A stretch of DNA of 64,000 bases from an uncultured Acidobacteriaceae bacterium (GCA_963839155.1 CAWITY010000003.1:138184-202183); one strand, 5' to 3'; shown: positions 1-9,595, counted from the first letter of the stretch. Notes: generated by a model from the sequence alone, not told the origin. Numbers and translations: made by a program.

Positions 1-2
1 CG

Positions 3-719
3 TTCTACTTCCCGCTCTCTGTGAAGCAATGGTCGCCGCGCACCGTCCTCACCGAAGATGAAGAGGAGCGGCTGTTCGACGTGGCAAGCCGTCACCCCGA
101 GGCTTCGCTGGCGTACTGGGTGGCTTGCATCACGAACAACACATCGGCGGCTGGGCTTGAGTTGCGCGGTCTGCGGCTCAAGAATCTCTTCCTGAGCGCC
201 GAAGGAATCAGCGAGATCTATGTTCCCGAAGACAGCGTGAAAAACGGTCACCGGGCGCGCAAGGTTCCGTTGAACGCGCAAGCGAAATATGCAGTGGAAG
301 AATGCTTCAAGCGGGCGCTCAAGCTGGGAGCTTGCGAGCCCGAACACTACCTGTTTCCGTTTCGTGAACTGCGCAACAAATTCGATCCCACGCGGCCCGC
401 GTCACGGTCCTGGCTGCGGAAGAGTTGGGATAAGCTGCGGAAGGCGACGGGGTTTGTCGATCTCAAGCCGCATGACTTGAGGCACCACTGCATCACGCGG
501 CTGCTCGAAAACGACGTAAACCCGGAGACTGTGATCGCAATCGCCGGGCACGTCGGACGCAAGATGATGGAGTATTACGCTCATCAGCGGACGCGGGTGA
601 AGTATGCGGCGGTGTTGGCAATCGAGCCGAAGCCGAGAAAGCGCGCCATGGCCGCGCCTGCCATCACCGCCCGCGCTGTCTCCGGATCGGCGGCGATAGT
701 TCGGGCTGTATATCGGTAA
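3..719 (+). CDS. Tyrosine recombinase, catalytic domain (5' end cut by window edge)
   Basis: K (VKN), HDLRH, AGH and Y (YYAH) motifs; frame open back to the window start; box I reads TSAAGLEL with no Arg. Confidence 0.85.
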   Translation, partial: FYFPLSVKQWSPRTVLTEDEEERLFDVASRHPEASLAYWVACITNNTSAAGLELRGLRLKNLFLSAEGISEIYVPEDSVKNGHRARKVPLNAQAKYAVEECFKRALKLGACEPEHYLFPFRELRNKFDPTRPASRSWLRKSWDKLRKATGFVDLKPHDLRHHCITRLLENDVNPETVIAIAGHVGRKMMEYYAHQRTRVKYAAVLAIEPKPRKRAMAAPAITARAVSGSAAIVRAVYR

Positions 720-735
720 GTAGAGATGAGGCGGT

Positions 736-1068
736 CTATTCCACCTCGTCTTCCAAACCTGCAAAATAGAATTCCATCATGGCGTTGAAGGCCGAGGCGG
801 CATATTGATGTGTGCGTGTATGGAAGTGATCGTGAAGAATTCCGGCGTTACCATCCGTGAAGTGATCGGCGGCGTGCTTGGCAATCGCTTCCGGCTTTGT
901 ACGATCCAAAGTCCCACGCGATCTGTCTCCGATCTTGGCGCGTTGGTGGAAGCTATCTTTCCCGTACTTCTCATTCCCATAGCGGCCAATATCGTTCATG
1001 GCTTTAAGGAACTTGGCGTTGAGAAACTTGTATTGTGTCGAGCTTTCTTCAAACGCAGCTTTGCTCAT
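736..1068 (-). CDS. DUF5664-like dATP/dGTP diphosphohydrolase-domain protein
   Basis: YGNEKYG and HQYAASAFNAMM resemble the GxxKYG and HxAHAAxN motifs of that family. Confidence 0.55.
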   Translation of the reverse strand: MSKAAFEESSTQYKFLNAKFLKAMNDIGRYGNEKYGKDSFHQRAKIGDRSRGTLDRTKPEAIAKHAADHFTDGNAGILHDHFHTRTHQYAASAFNAMMEFYFAGLEDEVE

Positions 1069-1109
1069 GCTCTCCCCTTCGGTTGTGTTGCGTGAATGAA
1101 GAACAGAAA

Positions 1110-1562
1110 TCAGGCCGCGGCGGTTCCCTGCCAGAGCACGAACTCTGCCTTGCGCCTGGCTGTGAGGGCTGCGAGTTGCTTCGATCCGGAGTGATCCCAG
1201 CGGAGCAATTGCAGAGCCGCCGCGCTGTATTGGCCGCTGTTGAGATCGGCCAGGAGTGTGGAGGCCCCGAGTTTCCCGGCGCCGAGGTTATAAGTGAAGT
1301 CAACCAGCGCATCGAACTGGCCTTACGTGAGCGGCACACGGACCAGGCGCTGGACGGCCCTTTCGGCGGAGATCACATCGGCGGAGAGAATGCCCGATGC
1401 TTCGGTCTCGGTGACGCCGAGCGGGAACTTCTCACCCGGCATGATGCGGTGGCCGTAGCCAATAGTGGGGATGCCGGCCACGTCGAGATAGGTTGCGGCG
1501 CGGAATCCTTCGGAGAGCTTGAGAAGAGCAAGCCCGGCGGCGCTGAATTGGAGCGAGTTCAC
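1110..1562 (-). pseudogene. GH24 lysozyme endolysin with in-frame TAA at codon 80 (1323-1325)
   Basis: EG..Y.D..G.PTIGYGH, then after the stop the same frame continues GQFDALVDFTYNLG...L..RR.AE to TGA at 1110-1112; GTG start with GAGG SD overlaps the upstream stop. Confidence 0.9.
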
Positions 1563-2689
1563 TTGTACCTCTTTTCGTAGTAGCCGCGGTCGAAGAATGG
1601 GAACCACTCGACGCCGAAGCGGGTAATGACGCCGGCGGAGTCCTGCTTAATGCGCAATTCGACAAAGCCGACGTGAGCCTGCAGGCGCTTCTTGCGCATG
1701 AAGAGACTCTGATCGCAGGTACACCCGGCCTGCACGGTGTGGACTTCGCGCGGGAAGCCGTAATTGAATTTGTGGTAGTGGCCAACGATCTCAAGCTGGG
1801 GTTTCTCGCCGCCCTGATAGCTCTCCACGCGCTTCTGATCGGTGTAGGAGACCGCATAGGCGGAACCTCCGCCCGGATGCACGACGCGGGCCACAGCGGC
1901 CCCGGAACCGCATTTGAGAGCAACGTCGCACTCGGCATAGCCGAGGTAATGAAGATCGCTACGACCGGCGGCAGTGGCGCGGCTTTCGAGGTAGCGCCCG
2001 ATCTCAATTCCTTCGCGTTGCGCGTACCAGCCCTCGTGATCGTCTCCGGCGATAAAGTGTGTGGTGATCCCGTTGCGCACGGGGAACTTATCGATCAGGT
2101 AGTCAAGCTGGTTGTCCATGCCCGGCGCCGTGAGGAGTTCGGTTTTGTTGAACCGGGCTTCGCTGTCCACCCAGTTGCCGGCATTGAAGACGTGCGTGAT
2201 GCCGCGGCGCTCAAAATGGTCATAAGCCGCATTTAACACGTCGAGGCGCGCGTACTTGCTGCATAGGTGGTTGTCCGACGTGACGCCGAATATGTGCGTC
2301 CATTCGTCGCGCGGGTTGCCTTTGATCTCGAAGCGTCCCGGCGCAAGGTTGACCGTTGACACAGCTTCGAATACGCCTCCCGGATGCTCGGCAAGCAGGA
2401 CGCCGCGCTCTTTCATGCGGCCCACGGCGCGCCGAATCGACGGCGGTGTCACGCCCATCATCTCTGCAAGATCATCCACCGTGAGCGGGGCCTGGCGCAG
2501 GCGCTTGTGAATGTTCGCTTCCAACTCTTTGGGAGACTTCGGCGCAGCTTTCGCGGGCGCGGTGCGGTACTTGAGCACCGTGGTGTTGTGGATGCCAAGA
2601 CGACGACCTATGGCGCGATCCGAGAGGCCATCGGCCACGAGGCGCGCAATCTGCTTTTGCTTGCTGACAGAGATCGGTTGGCTGGCCAT
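1559..2689 (-). CDS. HTH-domain calcineurin-like metallophosphoesterase
   Basis: Two N-terminal HTH-like segments; SDNH, GNWVD, GDDHE, HPGGG and GHYH metal-binding motifs. Confidence 0.85.
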   Translation of the reverse strand: MASQPISVSKQKQIARLVADGLSDRAIGRRLGIHNTTVLKYRTAPAKAAPKSPKELEANIHKRLRQAPLTVDDLAEMMGVTPPSIRRAVGRMKERGVLLAEHPGGVFEAVSTVNLAPGRFEIKGNPRDEWTHIFGVTSDNHLCSKYARLDVLNAAYDHFERRGITHVFNAGNWVDSEARFNKTELLTAPGMDNQLDYLIDKFPVRNGITTHFIAGDDHEGWYAQREGIEIGRYLESRATAAGRSDLHYLGYAECDVALKCGSGAAVARVVHPGGGSAYAVSYTDQKRVESYQGGEKPQLEIVGHYHKFNYGFPREVHTVQAGCTCDQSLFMRKKRLQAHVGFVELRIKQDSAGVITRFGVEWFPFFDRGYYEKRYK

Positions 2690-2970
2690 CAGTGTTTGAA
2701 CACCCCCATGACGTGATAGAGAAACTCGACAAGGCCCACAACGAAGAGCACCAGGAGAGCCATGCCGCGGCCCAACAAGGTGACACGTTCGAGGCGGACG
2801 ATGCGTTTCTCGTGGCTCTGTTGGGTGGCTTCAATGCGCGGGATACGGCCTTGCGCATCTTCCGATTCGTCGTCGCCGAAGAGTTTTGTCTTGACCACGC
2901 GAAAGTCCGCAATATGGCCCTCGATGAGGCCGCGTATCTCTTTCAATTCCGTCATCTCAGCCGGAGCCAT
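2689..2970 (-). CDS. Putative holin-like membrane protein (coiled coil plus C-terminal TM helix)
   Basis: Hydrophobic MALLVLFVVGLVEFLYHV; located upstream of the endolysin. Confidence 0.5.
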   Translation of the reverse strand: MAPAEMTELKEIRGLIEGHIADFRVVKTKLFGDDESEDAQGRIPRIEATQQSHEKRIVRLERVTLLGRGMALLVLFVVGLVEFLYHVMGVFKH

Positions 2971-3012
2971 AGCTACCCTCTAAGGCCACCATGCCACTTA
3001 TCGCGCAGAACG

Positions 3013-3043
3013 AACAAAGCAAAGCCCCCGCCGAAGCGAGGGC
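3013..3043 (-). terminator. Intrinsic terminator-like hairpin inside the lysis cassette
   Basis: GCCCTCGC-TTCG-GCGGGGGC followed by TTTGCTTTGTT. Confidence 0.65.
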
Positions 3044-3066
3044 CATGCGGTTCTGCCGAAATCGGG

Positions 3067-3399
3067 TTACTTGAGATCGCCGGCAATGTCCGAACCTTCC
3101 TTCTCGATGGCCGCCCAAAAGGCCGGCCACAACTTGAATGCGGCTTCGATTGATGCCACCGCAGCGGTATCGTTCTGCCAGTTGAGGCCCTTCTGCTCGG
3201 CTACGGCTGCAATGTTCGCCGAAGCCACGGCAATGGCGGAGATGAAGGGCTTTCCGGTGACGATGGTCTCGGCGGTGTCGGCCTGCGCATCCTTCACGGC
3301 CTTGCTGAACTTCACTTCCAGGGTGGGAAGGTAGGTAACAACCTTCATAATGTCCACCCCGATCTTCTTGAAGAAATTTCCGATTACCTGCAAGCTCAT
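3067..3399 (-). CDS. Hypothetical phage protein, first gene of the lysis cassette
   Basis: GGAGG SD before ATG at 3399; amphipathic 110-aa ORF. Confidence 0.7.
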   Translation of the reverse strand: MSLQVIGNFFKKIGVDIMKVVTYLPTLEVKFSKAVKDAQADTAETIVTGKPFISAIAVASANIAAVAEQKGLNWQNDTAAVASIEAAFKLWPAFWAAIEKEGSDIAGDLK

Positions 3400-3458
3400 A
3401 TTCTTTCCTCCGGTTGATTGTGATCGTCGCGACGATTCGGCCATCTTGCATCCGCTAC

Positions 3459-3495
3459 AGTTCTACCGTCGCGCGAATTACCGAAATCGGGCCAC
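3459..3495 (-). promoter_or_regulatory. Putative late promoter (lysis cassette)
   Basis: GTGGCCCGATTTCGGTAATTCGCGCGACGGTAGAACT aligns without gaps to three other intergenic sites. Confidence 0.6.
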
Positions 3496-3514
3496 TTTAG
3501 AGGTTTTTGCAAGC

Positions 3515-5368
3515 CTAAAAGATACGTTGCAATATTGCTTTGGTCGATGTCGGGCAACCGGCTACCGTGCTTGTGGTGAGAGTGATGCTTGCTGCCGATA
3601 GGTTGATGTTTGAGTAGATATAGAGCGCAACGGTGTGACTACCAGCGGATAGCCCACTGAAGGACGCGAAAAAGCTAGGCTGAAGTGGGGCCATTGAGGA
3701 AGAAGGCAAATAGTATCCAGCGGAGAAAACAGGCGAAGAGGTTACCCCATCAACACACGCGAGAACCGTCACTGGGATATTCGATGTGGTCGTGTTGTTG
3801 ACAATAAGTAATTGGGCGAAAATGTTGAACACATCCCCAGCCCCGGCGGATGTCACAGACCAAGAGAGTCCGGGGGCGGCGACGGGCGTCGTGGCTCCGC
3901 AATTTACGGGCGATGTTAAAGTGGCAGATTGCGTTGTCACACCGGCCGTGGTGAGCACAGAGCCATCCGGGAATGACACCTTGGATGCGCTGAGAGTGCC
4001 CGTGGTGATATTGCTGGCGTTGAGGTTGGTTACCGCAACGTTGGCCGCGTTGAGCGTGCCGGTGGTAATCATGCTTGCCGTGATCGCGCCGGCGGCAATC
4101 TGCGAGGCAGTGATACTGCCATTGACGATCAATGTCGCGTCCACCACGGTTTCCAGCTTCAAATCTTGCGCGGCCTGTTGGACGCTTCCTGATTCCGACG
4201 AATACTGGAACCAAACTCCGATATAGCAACTCACAGCGTTGGTGGGGATAGTGTTCGACGTTCCTTTGCCGAACTGCCCACCATAACGCGCAAATACGCC
4301 AACGGAAGGCAAGCCACCATAGGTGTAGCCCGACTGCGAACCTCCCCATCCGTTACTAGCGATCTGATTTCCATTGGAGTCTAAGAAATCAATGTAGACA
4401 TACATGTTGCGGGCGTTCCCGCTGGCGGCATAGAGATTCGCACTCAGTTTGTAACACGCGGTCGGATCGATTGGAATCGGGCGCACGCAACGGAACCAAT
4501 TGTCGGTGCCATTTGAGCATGATGTACAGGTTGATCCCACGGCACCACTGGCTGTAGGGAGTGCTGCGTTTTGGCTTACCGTCCCTGTACCTGCGACCTG
4601 AGCCCAGGCGGTTGTGTCAGCCATCGCAGGGTCGTAGCTTATGGCGCTTCCAATGGGTGTCACTATCAGATTGTTCGCCGCGATAGAATTGGCGGCTATC
4701 TGTGTCGCCCCGATGGCCCCAGCGGCGATCTGGCCTGCAGTAATCGAACCTGCCGTGAGGCTGCTCCCTGAGACGGTGACGGCCGTCCACGCACTGCCGG
4801 TGCTCTCGTAGAGAATCCCGGTGGTAGTGAGCAAGACGAGCTTGCCTGACGGATAGCTCGAACTCGGCAAGGTGGGAAGGACAGAGACTACGAGCGGCGC
4901 TGCAATCGACGTAGCGTACTGACTGGATGCGAAGTTGGCGGCGGCCTGTGCAACTGCTGCGGTTTGTGCAGCCGCCGCCTGTGCGTTCGAGATAACCGAT
5001 TGCAACGCCGTCCGCTGGGTTGCCACCTGTGCCCACAGGTTGGCCAGCGATGTTTGTATGCCGGGCCACGGGCCGCTCGTGGTGCCATCCGGCCAGGTGG
5101 TTGCCCAGTTCGACGGCGCGCCGGCGTTGATGAGCGCCGTGCTGATTGCAGCAACGGCATTGTCATAGGACGTGCTGGACACGCTCCATGTTGAGGCAAG
5201 CGTGTCCAGAGAGGTTTTCATGGCCAACTCGGCGGTGTATTGCGCCATCAGGTTTATCTTGTCCTGATTCGATAGATAGTTGACGTTCTCCGGATCGCTG
5301 CCAATCGTGGTGGTTGACGGTACCAAACTGATCGAGCTTCCTGTTTCAGTCCAAGGCGAATTAGGCAT
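3515..5368 (-). CDS. Tail fibre / receptor-binding protein
   Basis: Follows the J-like gene; SITAxQIAAGAI repeats flank a beta-rich domain; Ser/Thr/Ala-rich. Confidence 0.75.
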   Translation of the reverse strand: MPNSPWTETGSSISLVPSTTTIGSDPENVNYLSNQDKINLMAQYTAELAMKTSLDTLASTWSVSSTSYDNAVAAISTALINAGAPSNWATTWPDGTTSGPWPGIQTSLANLWAQVATQRTALQSVISNAQAAAAQTAAVAQAAANFASSQYATSIAAPLVVSVLPTLPSSSYPSGKLVLLTTTGILYESTGSAWTAVTVSGSSLTAGSITAGQIAAGAIGATQIAANSIAANNLIVTPIGSAISYDPAMADTTAWAQVAGTGTVSQNAALPTASGAVGSTCTSCSNGTDNWFRCVRPIPIDPTACYKLSANLYAASGNARNMYVYIDFLDSNGNQIASNGWGGSQSGYTYGGLPSVGVFARYGGQFGKGTSNTIPTNAVSCYIGVWFQYSSESGSVQQAAQDLKLETVVDATLIVNGSITASQIAAGAITASMITTGTLNAANVAVTNLNASNITTGTLSASKVSFPDGSVLTTAGVTTQSATLTSPVNCGATTPVAAPGLSWSVTSAGAGDVFNIFAQLLIVNNTTTSNIPVTVLACVDGVTSSPVFSAGYYLPSSSMAPLQPSFFASFSGLSAGSHTVALYIYSNINLSAASITLTTSTVAGCPTSTKAILQRIF

Positions 5369-8300
5369 ACACACTCCTTACAGCCGCGTTGACGATACTC
5401 ATTGCGGCGGTTGGGCAAACGGGAACGGTGTAAGACGTGGTAGTAGCCCCAACCGTGACCGTGTCGAAAAGGTAGTTAGCCGCCGCCGTGGGATCGGACC
5501 CGGTGAAGGCGACGACGTTGAAGGCCGATGGCGTGGGATAGTTGCTGGGCCATGTCCACGAGATGGTGAGCCATACGATTGCAGCCGTTGTGACAGAACC
5601 GTTTGAGTTGACCGTGACGCCGGCGCTTGCCGTTGCGCTTCCGCCGCTCCCGCTTGTGTTGGTGGCGCTCTGCGAGATGGTGACAATGGGCGGATCGGGA
5701 TACGGCGTGATGTACGCGGGAATGAGACTCATGAGGCCGCCGGCGGCCACTGAGAGCACTGCGACAATCATGTACATGCCGGTGCGGAGCGTGGTATCCG
5801 TCCAGGTTGTTCCGGTGCCATCCCACAGCACGGTTGCCGTGTCCCACGGGTAATAGTCCTGGCTGCCCTGATAGCGAATCTCGTAGTGATCCGCGCCGGT
5901 GACGGCGGTCCAGGTGAGCACCGGCAAGCCACTCGCGTTGATGGCGCAACTAAAGCCGGTGACGTTGGCGGGCACATTGGTGGAGGCTTGCACGGTAATC
6001 AATCCCGTCACCGGGTTGCCTAGCAAGTTTCCCTGCCAATCGAAGCCCGTCGCGCTCACGTTGTACGTGGTGCCGATGGTGCCCACAAAGGTGCAGCTCT
6101 GCCCTTGAATGTTGCCGAGCGTGTTCCATGTTCCACCGGAGGCTTGCACCTGCACCTGGGCACCCACGGCGGTGTTATTGTTGCGCCAGCCAACGGAGAC
6201 AACCGCCGAGTTGGATGAGCCGGTGAGAGTTCCGTTTTGAAACTGCTCAACCAACGTGAGGTCGGTGATTACCGGAGACGAATCGGGCACGCCCACAATC
6301 TCGCCATAGTTGGGAACCACATCCGTATAAATTTCGGCGTTGTATTCGAGCGCGCCGATCTCGAAATGGAACTCGCCAGATCTCCGAACGCTCACCACGC
6401 GGAAGAGCTTTGCCGGTTGATAGCCCGCGCTCTGACCATAGGCCCAGGCGCTGTCTTGCGTGGGGACAGCGGAGAAGTTACCAGCAACGCTGAGCACCGC
6501 GCCGCCCTGCGCATTCTCCGATTGCGGTGTGATGGCAACCGCGGTCACAGCGAGATTGTCGATCACGTTGAGATCGTAGAGGGTCACAACCTGGCCGTAG
6601 GCAAGCGTGGCCGGCGGCGCAGAGAGCGTGATCGCCGAGCCGCCATAGCCGGTGACGATGTACTCCGTTCCGTCCGGTCCAACCGCTTTGACGATGCGCC
6701 CGGCGGGAAGAGCCGCACTCATGCCAACCACCGATCCGATCACGGAAGAGATGGCAGCCGTGCCGCGCTGCACCACCGGATGCTGGACGGTCACGGTCCA
6801 ACCGGCGGAGGGTGCGAAGACAATATCGGTGCGCTCAACCGCAAGCGTGTTCAGTGTCGAGCCGGATTGCACACGGCCGCCCACGGCCCACTGTGTCACA
6901 TCGGACTGTACGGCGATCACGGAACCGCGCTTGCAGCAGACAGCCTCGATGGGCGCTGTGATCTGAATTGTGCGCAGGGTGAGCTTGGTGCTCATTAGTT
7001 GGTAGTAAGACCAGCGCCACGCCTGATCCCGGCTTGAGCAACCGATGAGCCGAGCGCGCGTCACCTTCGGCTGCAGGCCGGAGTTCATATCCGCTGCGGT
7101 CATGACAGATACGGGCAGGTCCATGCGGAAGTCGCGCGCCGCATCGGCGAAGTCGCATTCGATCAATGTGCAACGATCATCGAGCGCCAGCCACATCTCC
7201 TGAAAGCTGTCTTTCGTGGTGTTGCCCACGGTGAAGAGTTGAACCGGGTCCGCCGGTCCATCGATCACGACGGTATAGTTATTTCCTATCGGATAGACCG
7301 AGGCGCGGCTCATGTTGCCGATGGTTTGGAGCGTCCGCCACACATCCCCGGTCTGATCGAAGACGCCGCTGAAGATGTGCCGGCGAACCTGGGAGCCGTC
7401 TTGATTCGTAACCAATTGGTCATTGAAATCAGCCCATGCCTGCATAGCCGGAACATCGATATTGGCAAGCGCCTTAGCGGCCCCGTAAGTCGGATTGGCG
7501 AGAACGTCAAAGCCGACGATGGCCGGGTTGTCATGCTCATAGGCCGCCAGTTGCGGAGGGATGGCTGTATCCGATCCTATGTCATGGACAATATCCACCA
7601 TCACCTGAATATCAGCCCCGCTCATCTGCGAAGTGGCGAGGGCTTTGACGCCCACGAGGATCATGTTCGGATAGGATAGATTACTCCAGAAAATCTCATT
7701 GATGTTCCACAGCCATCCGTCACAGACGTGCTGCGCATCGGTGGAATCGGCATAGATGACATTGTTGTTATTGTCCTGGCAGTAGCCAACCTTTTGAACC
7801 CCCACATCCCACTGACCGGGAGCAAGTCCGTAGACGCTTACCGTGTCGAAGATGGGAGAGAGCGTGTCATTCTCCACAACGCGATAGCCCTGAGACCAGT
7901 TGAGGACGCGAACCTGATTCATGTTCGGATCGCAGGGTTGCCACTCTCCGGTGAAGGTCGCTGACGTGGATGAGGTTGAACTGTCCATATTCACAACGGT
8001 CACGGTCTGCGTTCCGGTCCATGGATCGCCGGGCGTGTGATTGTTGCCGCTCACGTCTTCGTTGTAGACGACGCCGCTGCCCGCGAAGCGATCCGTGGGA
8101 ACCACAACCCAGTTCGGCCAGGTCTGCGTACCGTTCGAGTGCGTGATCGCAATGGTCTCGGTGTCCTTTGGAAACATCGGCGAAAACCAGTTCGATGTTC
8201 CGTGCGGAGCAACCTGAATCTGATAGATAAACTTGAGCGGAACATAATTGCCGTCGTTCGTCACGCGGTAGAGGCCGCTAGGGAATTTGACAGTAATGTC

Positions 8301-9230
8301 GAGGCCCTGAATGTTCGTGCCGGTTCCGGGGATAATCACCGGGCCACCGGATACCAGCAGGTCAATCTCTTGCGGGTAGCCGTTGACGGTCCGATCAAAA
8401 CCGTCGATGGGCGTCTGGTTGTTTGTGCCCAAGCGCACCTGATAGCTGCAATTCTGGAAGCTGCCCAGCGGTTTGAGGTTGATGCGCGGATTGGAAACAC
8501 TCACCGCCGGTCCCCACCCGTAGGAAGTGAGCACGTTGATATAGGCGTCTGTCCCGTCGAAGTTGACGTAAGACGAGATGACATTTCCGCACCAACTGAA
8601 CTTTCCGTAACCCTTTGGAACCGGGACGCCGGGCCGCGCAAGGCCCTTTGGTCCGGTGGGATCGTAAGTGGTGGAGTATTGTCCCGGACCCGGAAGCCCC
8701 GGTGATAGAGCCCAACTCAGAAGAGCAGATCCAATAATCGCTCCGGTCCCGAATAGTGCCCCAGCACTTGCCACACTGAGCAAGGCAGGGAAGGCGAACA
8801 GCGCGGCGCCCGCCGTGAGCATTCCGGCAACCGCGCCGGCCAGCACGATCAGCAGGCCCATCATCTGTTTGCCGAAGCTGCCGCCCGCCACGCGGATGAA
8901 AAGAACAATCTCCTGGCCGGGCTTGACGGCGGTACACCAGACTTCGTTGTCGGGGATGCGTTCGCCGTTAAGGCTGCACTCGTACTCTTCGGGGTCGATG
9001 CCGGCGCGCGTGACAATGGCGCCGATGCTCTCGTTGTCAAACGGAGAAAGCTCGAAGACGCGGCGCTCTTCGAGACGAAAGGGATTGCGATTTTCGATGA
9101 TGCGGACGGCGCGCGTGGTGAGAAAGTGCGCAACGTCAAAGGCGGCGGCGGCAGGCTGTACAGCTTCAACAATCGAGACGTTGGCGAGAGCGCGGTCTAA
9201 CTCTTCGCCTGTAATTTCACCGCTTTCCAT
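5361..9230 (-). CDS. Tail tip / host-specificity protein (lambda J-like) fused to an N-terminal ubiquitin-like gpI domain
   Basis: 1289 aa; VAGG motif, PVPKGYG, YPN..LVG.K..AT, FN3-like C-terminal region. Confidence 0.9.
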   Translation of the reverse strand: MESGEITGEELDRALANVSIVEAVQPAAAAFDVAHFLTTRAVRIIENRNPFRLEERRVFELSPFDNESIGAIVTRAGIDPEEYECSLNGERIPDNEVWCTAVKPGQEIVLFIRVAGGSFGKQMMGLLIVLAGAVAGMLTAGAALFAFPALLSVASAGALFGTGAIIGSALLSWALSPGLPGPGQYSTTYDPTGPKGLARPGVPVPKGYGKFSWCGNVISSYVNFDGTDAYINVLTSYGWGPAVSVSNPRINLKPLGSFQNCSYQVRLGTNNQTPIDGFDRTVNGYPQEIDLLVSGGPVIIPGTGTNIQGLDITVKFPSGLYRVTNDGNYVPLKFIYQIQVAPHGTSNWFSPMFPKDTETIAITHSNGTQTWPNWVVVPTDRFAGSGVVYNEDVSGNNHTPGDPWTGTQTVTVVNMDSSTSSTSATFTGEWQPCDPNMNQVRVLNWSQGYRVVENDTLSPIFDTVSVYGLAPGQWDVGVQKVGYCQDNNNNVIYADSTDAQHVCDGWLWNINEIFWSNLSYPNMILVGVKALATSQMSGADIQVMVDIVHDIGSDTAIPPQLAAYEHDNPAIVGFDVLANPTYGAAKALANIDVPAMQAWADFNDQLVTNQDGSQVRRHIFSGVFDQTGDVWRTLQTIGNMSRASVYPIGNNYTVVIDGPADPVQLFTVGNTTKDSFQEMWLALDDRCTLIECDFADAARDFRMDLPVSVMTAADMNSGLQPKVTRARLIGCSSRDQAWRWSYYQLMSTKLTLRTIQITAPIEAVCCKRGSVIAVQSDVTQWAVGGRVQSGSTLNTLAVERTDIVFAPSAGWTVTVQHPVVQRGTAAISSVIGSVVGMSAALPAGRIVKAVGPDGTEYIVTGYGGSAITLSAPPATLAYGQVVTLYDLNVIDNLAVTAVAITPQSENAQGGAVLSVAGNFSAVPTQDSAWAYGQSAGYQPAKLFRVVSVRRSGEFHFEIGALEYNAEIYTDVVPNYGEIVGVPDSSPVITDLTLVEQFQNGTLTGSSNSAVVSVGWRNNNTAVGAQVQVQASGGTWNTLGNIQGQSCTFVGTIGTTYNVSATGFDWQGNLLGNPVTGLITVQASTNVPANVTGFSCAINASGLPVLTWTAVTGADHYEIRYQGSQDYYPWDTATVLWDGTGTTWTDTTLRTGMYMIVAVLSVAAGGLMSLIPAYITPYPDPPIVTISQSATNTSGSGGSATASAGVTVNSNGSVTTAAIVWLTISWTWPSNYPTPSAFNVVAFTGSDPTAAANYLFDTVTVGATTTSYTVPVCPTAAMSIVNAAVRSVYA

Positions 9231-9595
9231 CGATAGAAGCCCTCAATCCGAGCTTGCCATGGATGTGAGTTATACCGCTCTCTTACCACCTGTCCGCAGT
9301 CGGGGTGGGCGTGAATCATGTAGTTATCGCCGCATACCACAGCCACATGCCACGGCGGATCGACGGAGTAGATGAGAATGCCGTCGCCTGGTTGGGGATC
9401 GGTGACCGGCTCCCAACAGGCCAACGCAGTTTCAAGTACGCGGGCGTGGCTTCCCCAGGCCGGGATCGGATAACCGAGGCGGCGCTCGATCTCCAGGAGC
9501 AGGCCCACGCAATCGTAAGCCTCGGGGCCGCGCGCGCCCTCAAGGAAAGGCTTGCCAAGCAAGTCGAGCCAGAGCGATGCGGGGAGCGTCTTCAT
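9197..9595 (-). CDS. NlpC/P60 tail assembly protein (gpK-like, no JAB domain)
   Basis: GARGPEAYDCVGL ... HVAV ... IHA. Confidence 0.9.
   Translation of the reverse strand: MKTLPASLWLDLLGKPFLEGARGPEAYDCVGLLLEIERRLGYPIPAWGSHARVLETALACWEPVTDPQPGDGILIYSVDPPWHVAVVCGDNYMIHAHPDCGQVVRERYNSHPWQARIEGFYRWKAVKLQAKS

Noticed and set aside
712-736. Possible left att copy (GTAAGT...GGCGGTC resembling the tRNA 3' end)
   Set aside because: Match is short and gapped; not convincing as an att core.
3515-9230. Diversity-generating retroelement or invertible tail-fibre cassette
   Set aside because: No reverse transcriptase, no template/variable repeat pair and no inverted fibre modules seen.
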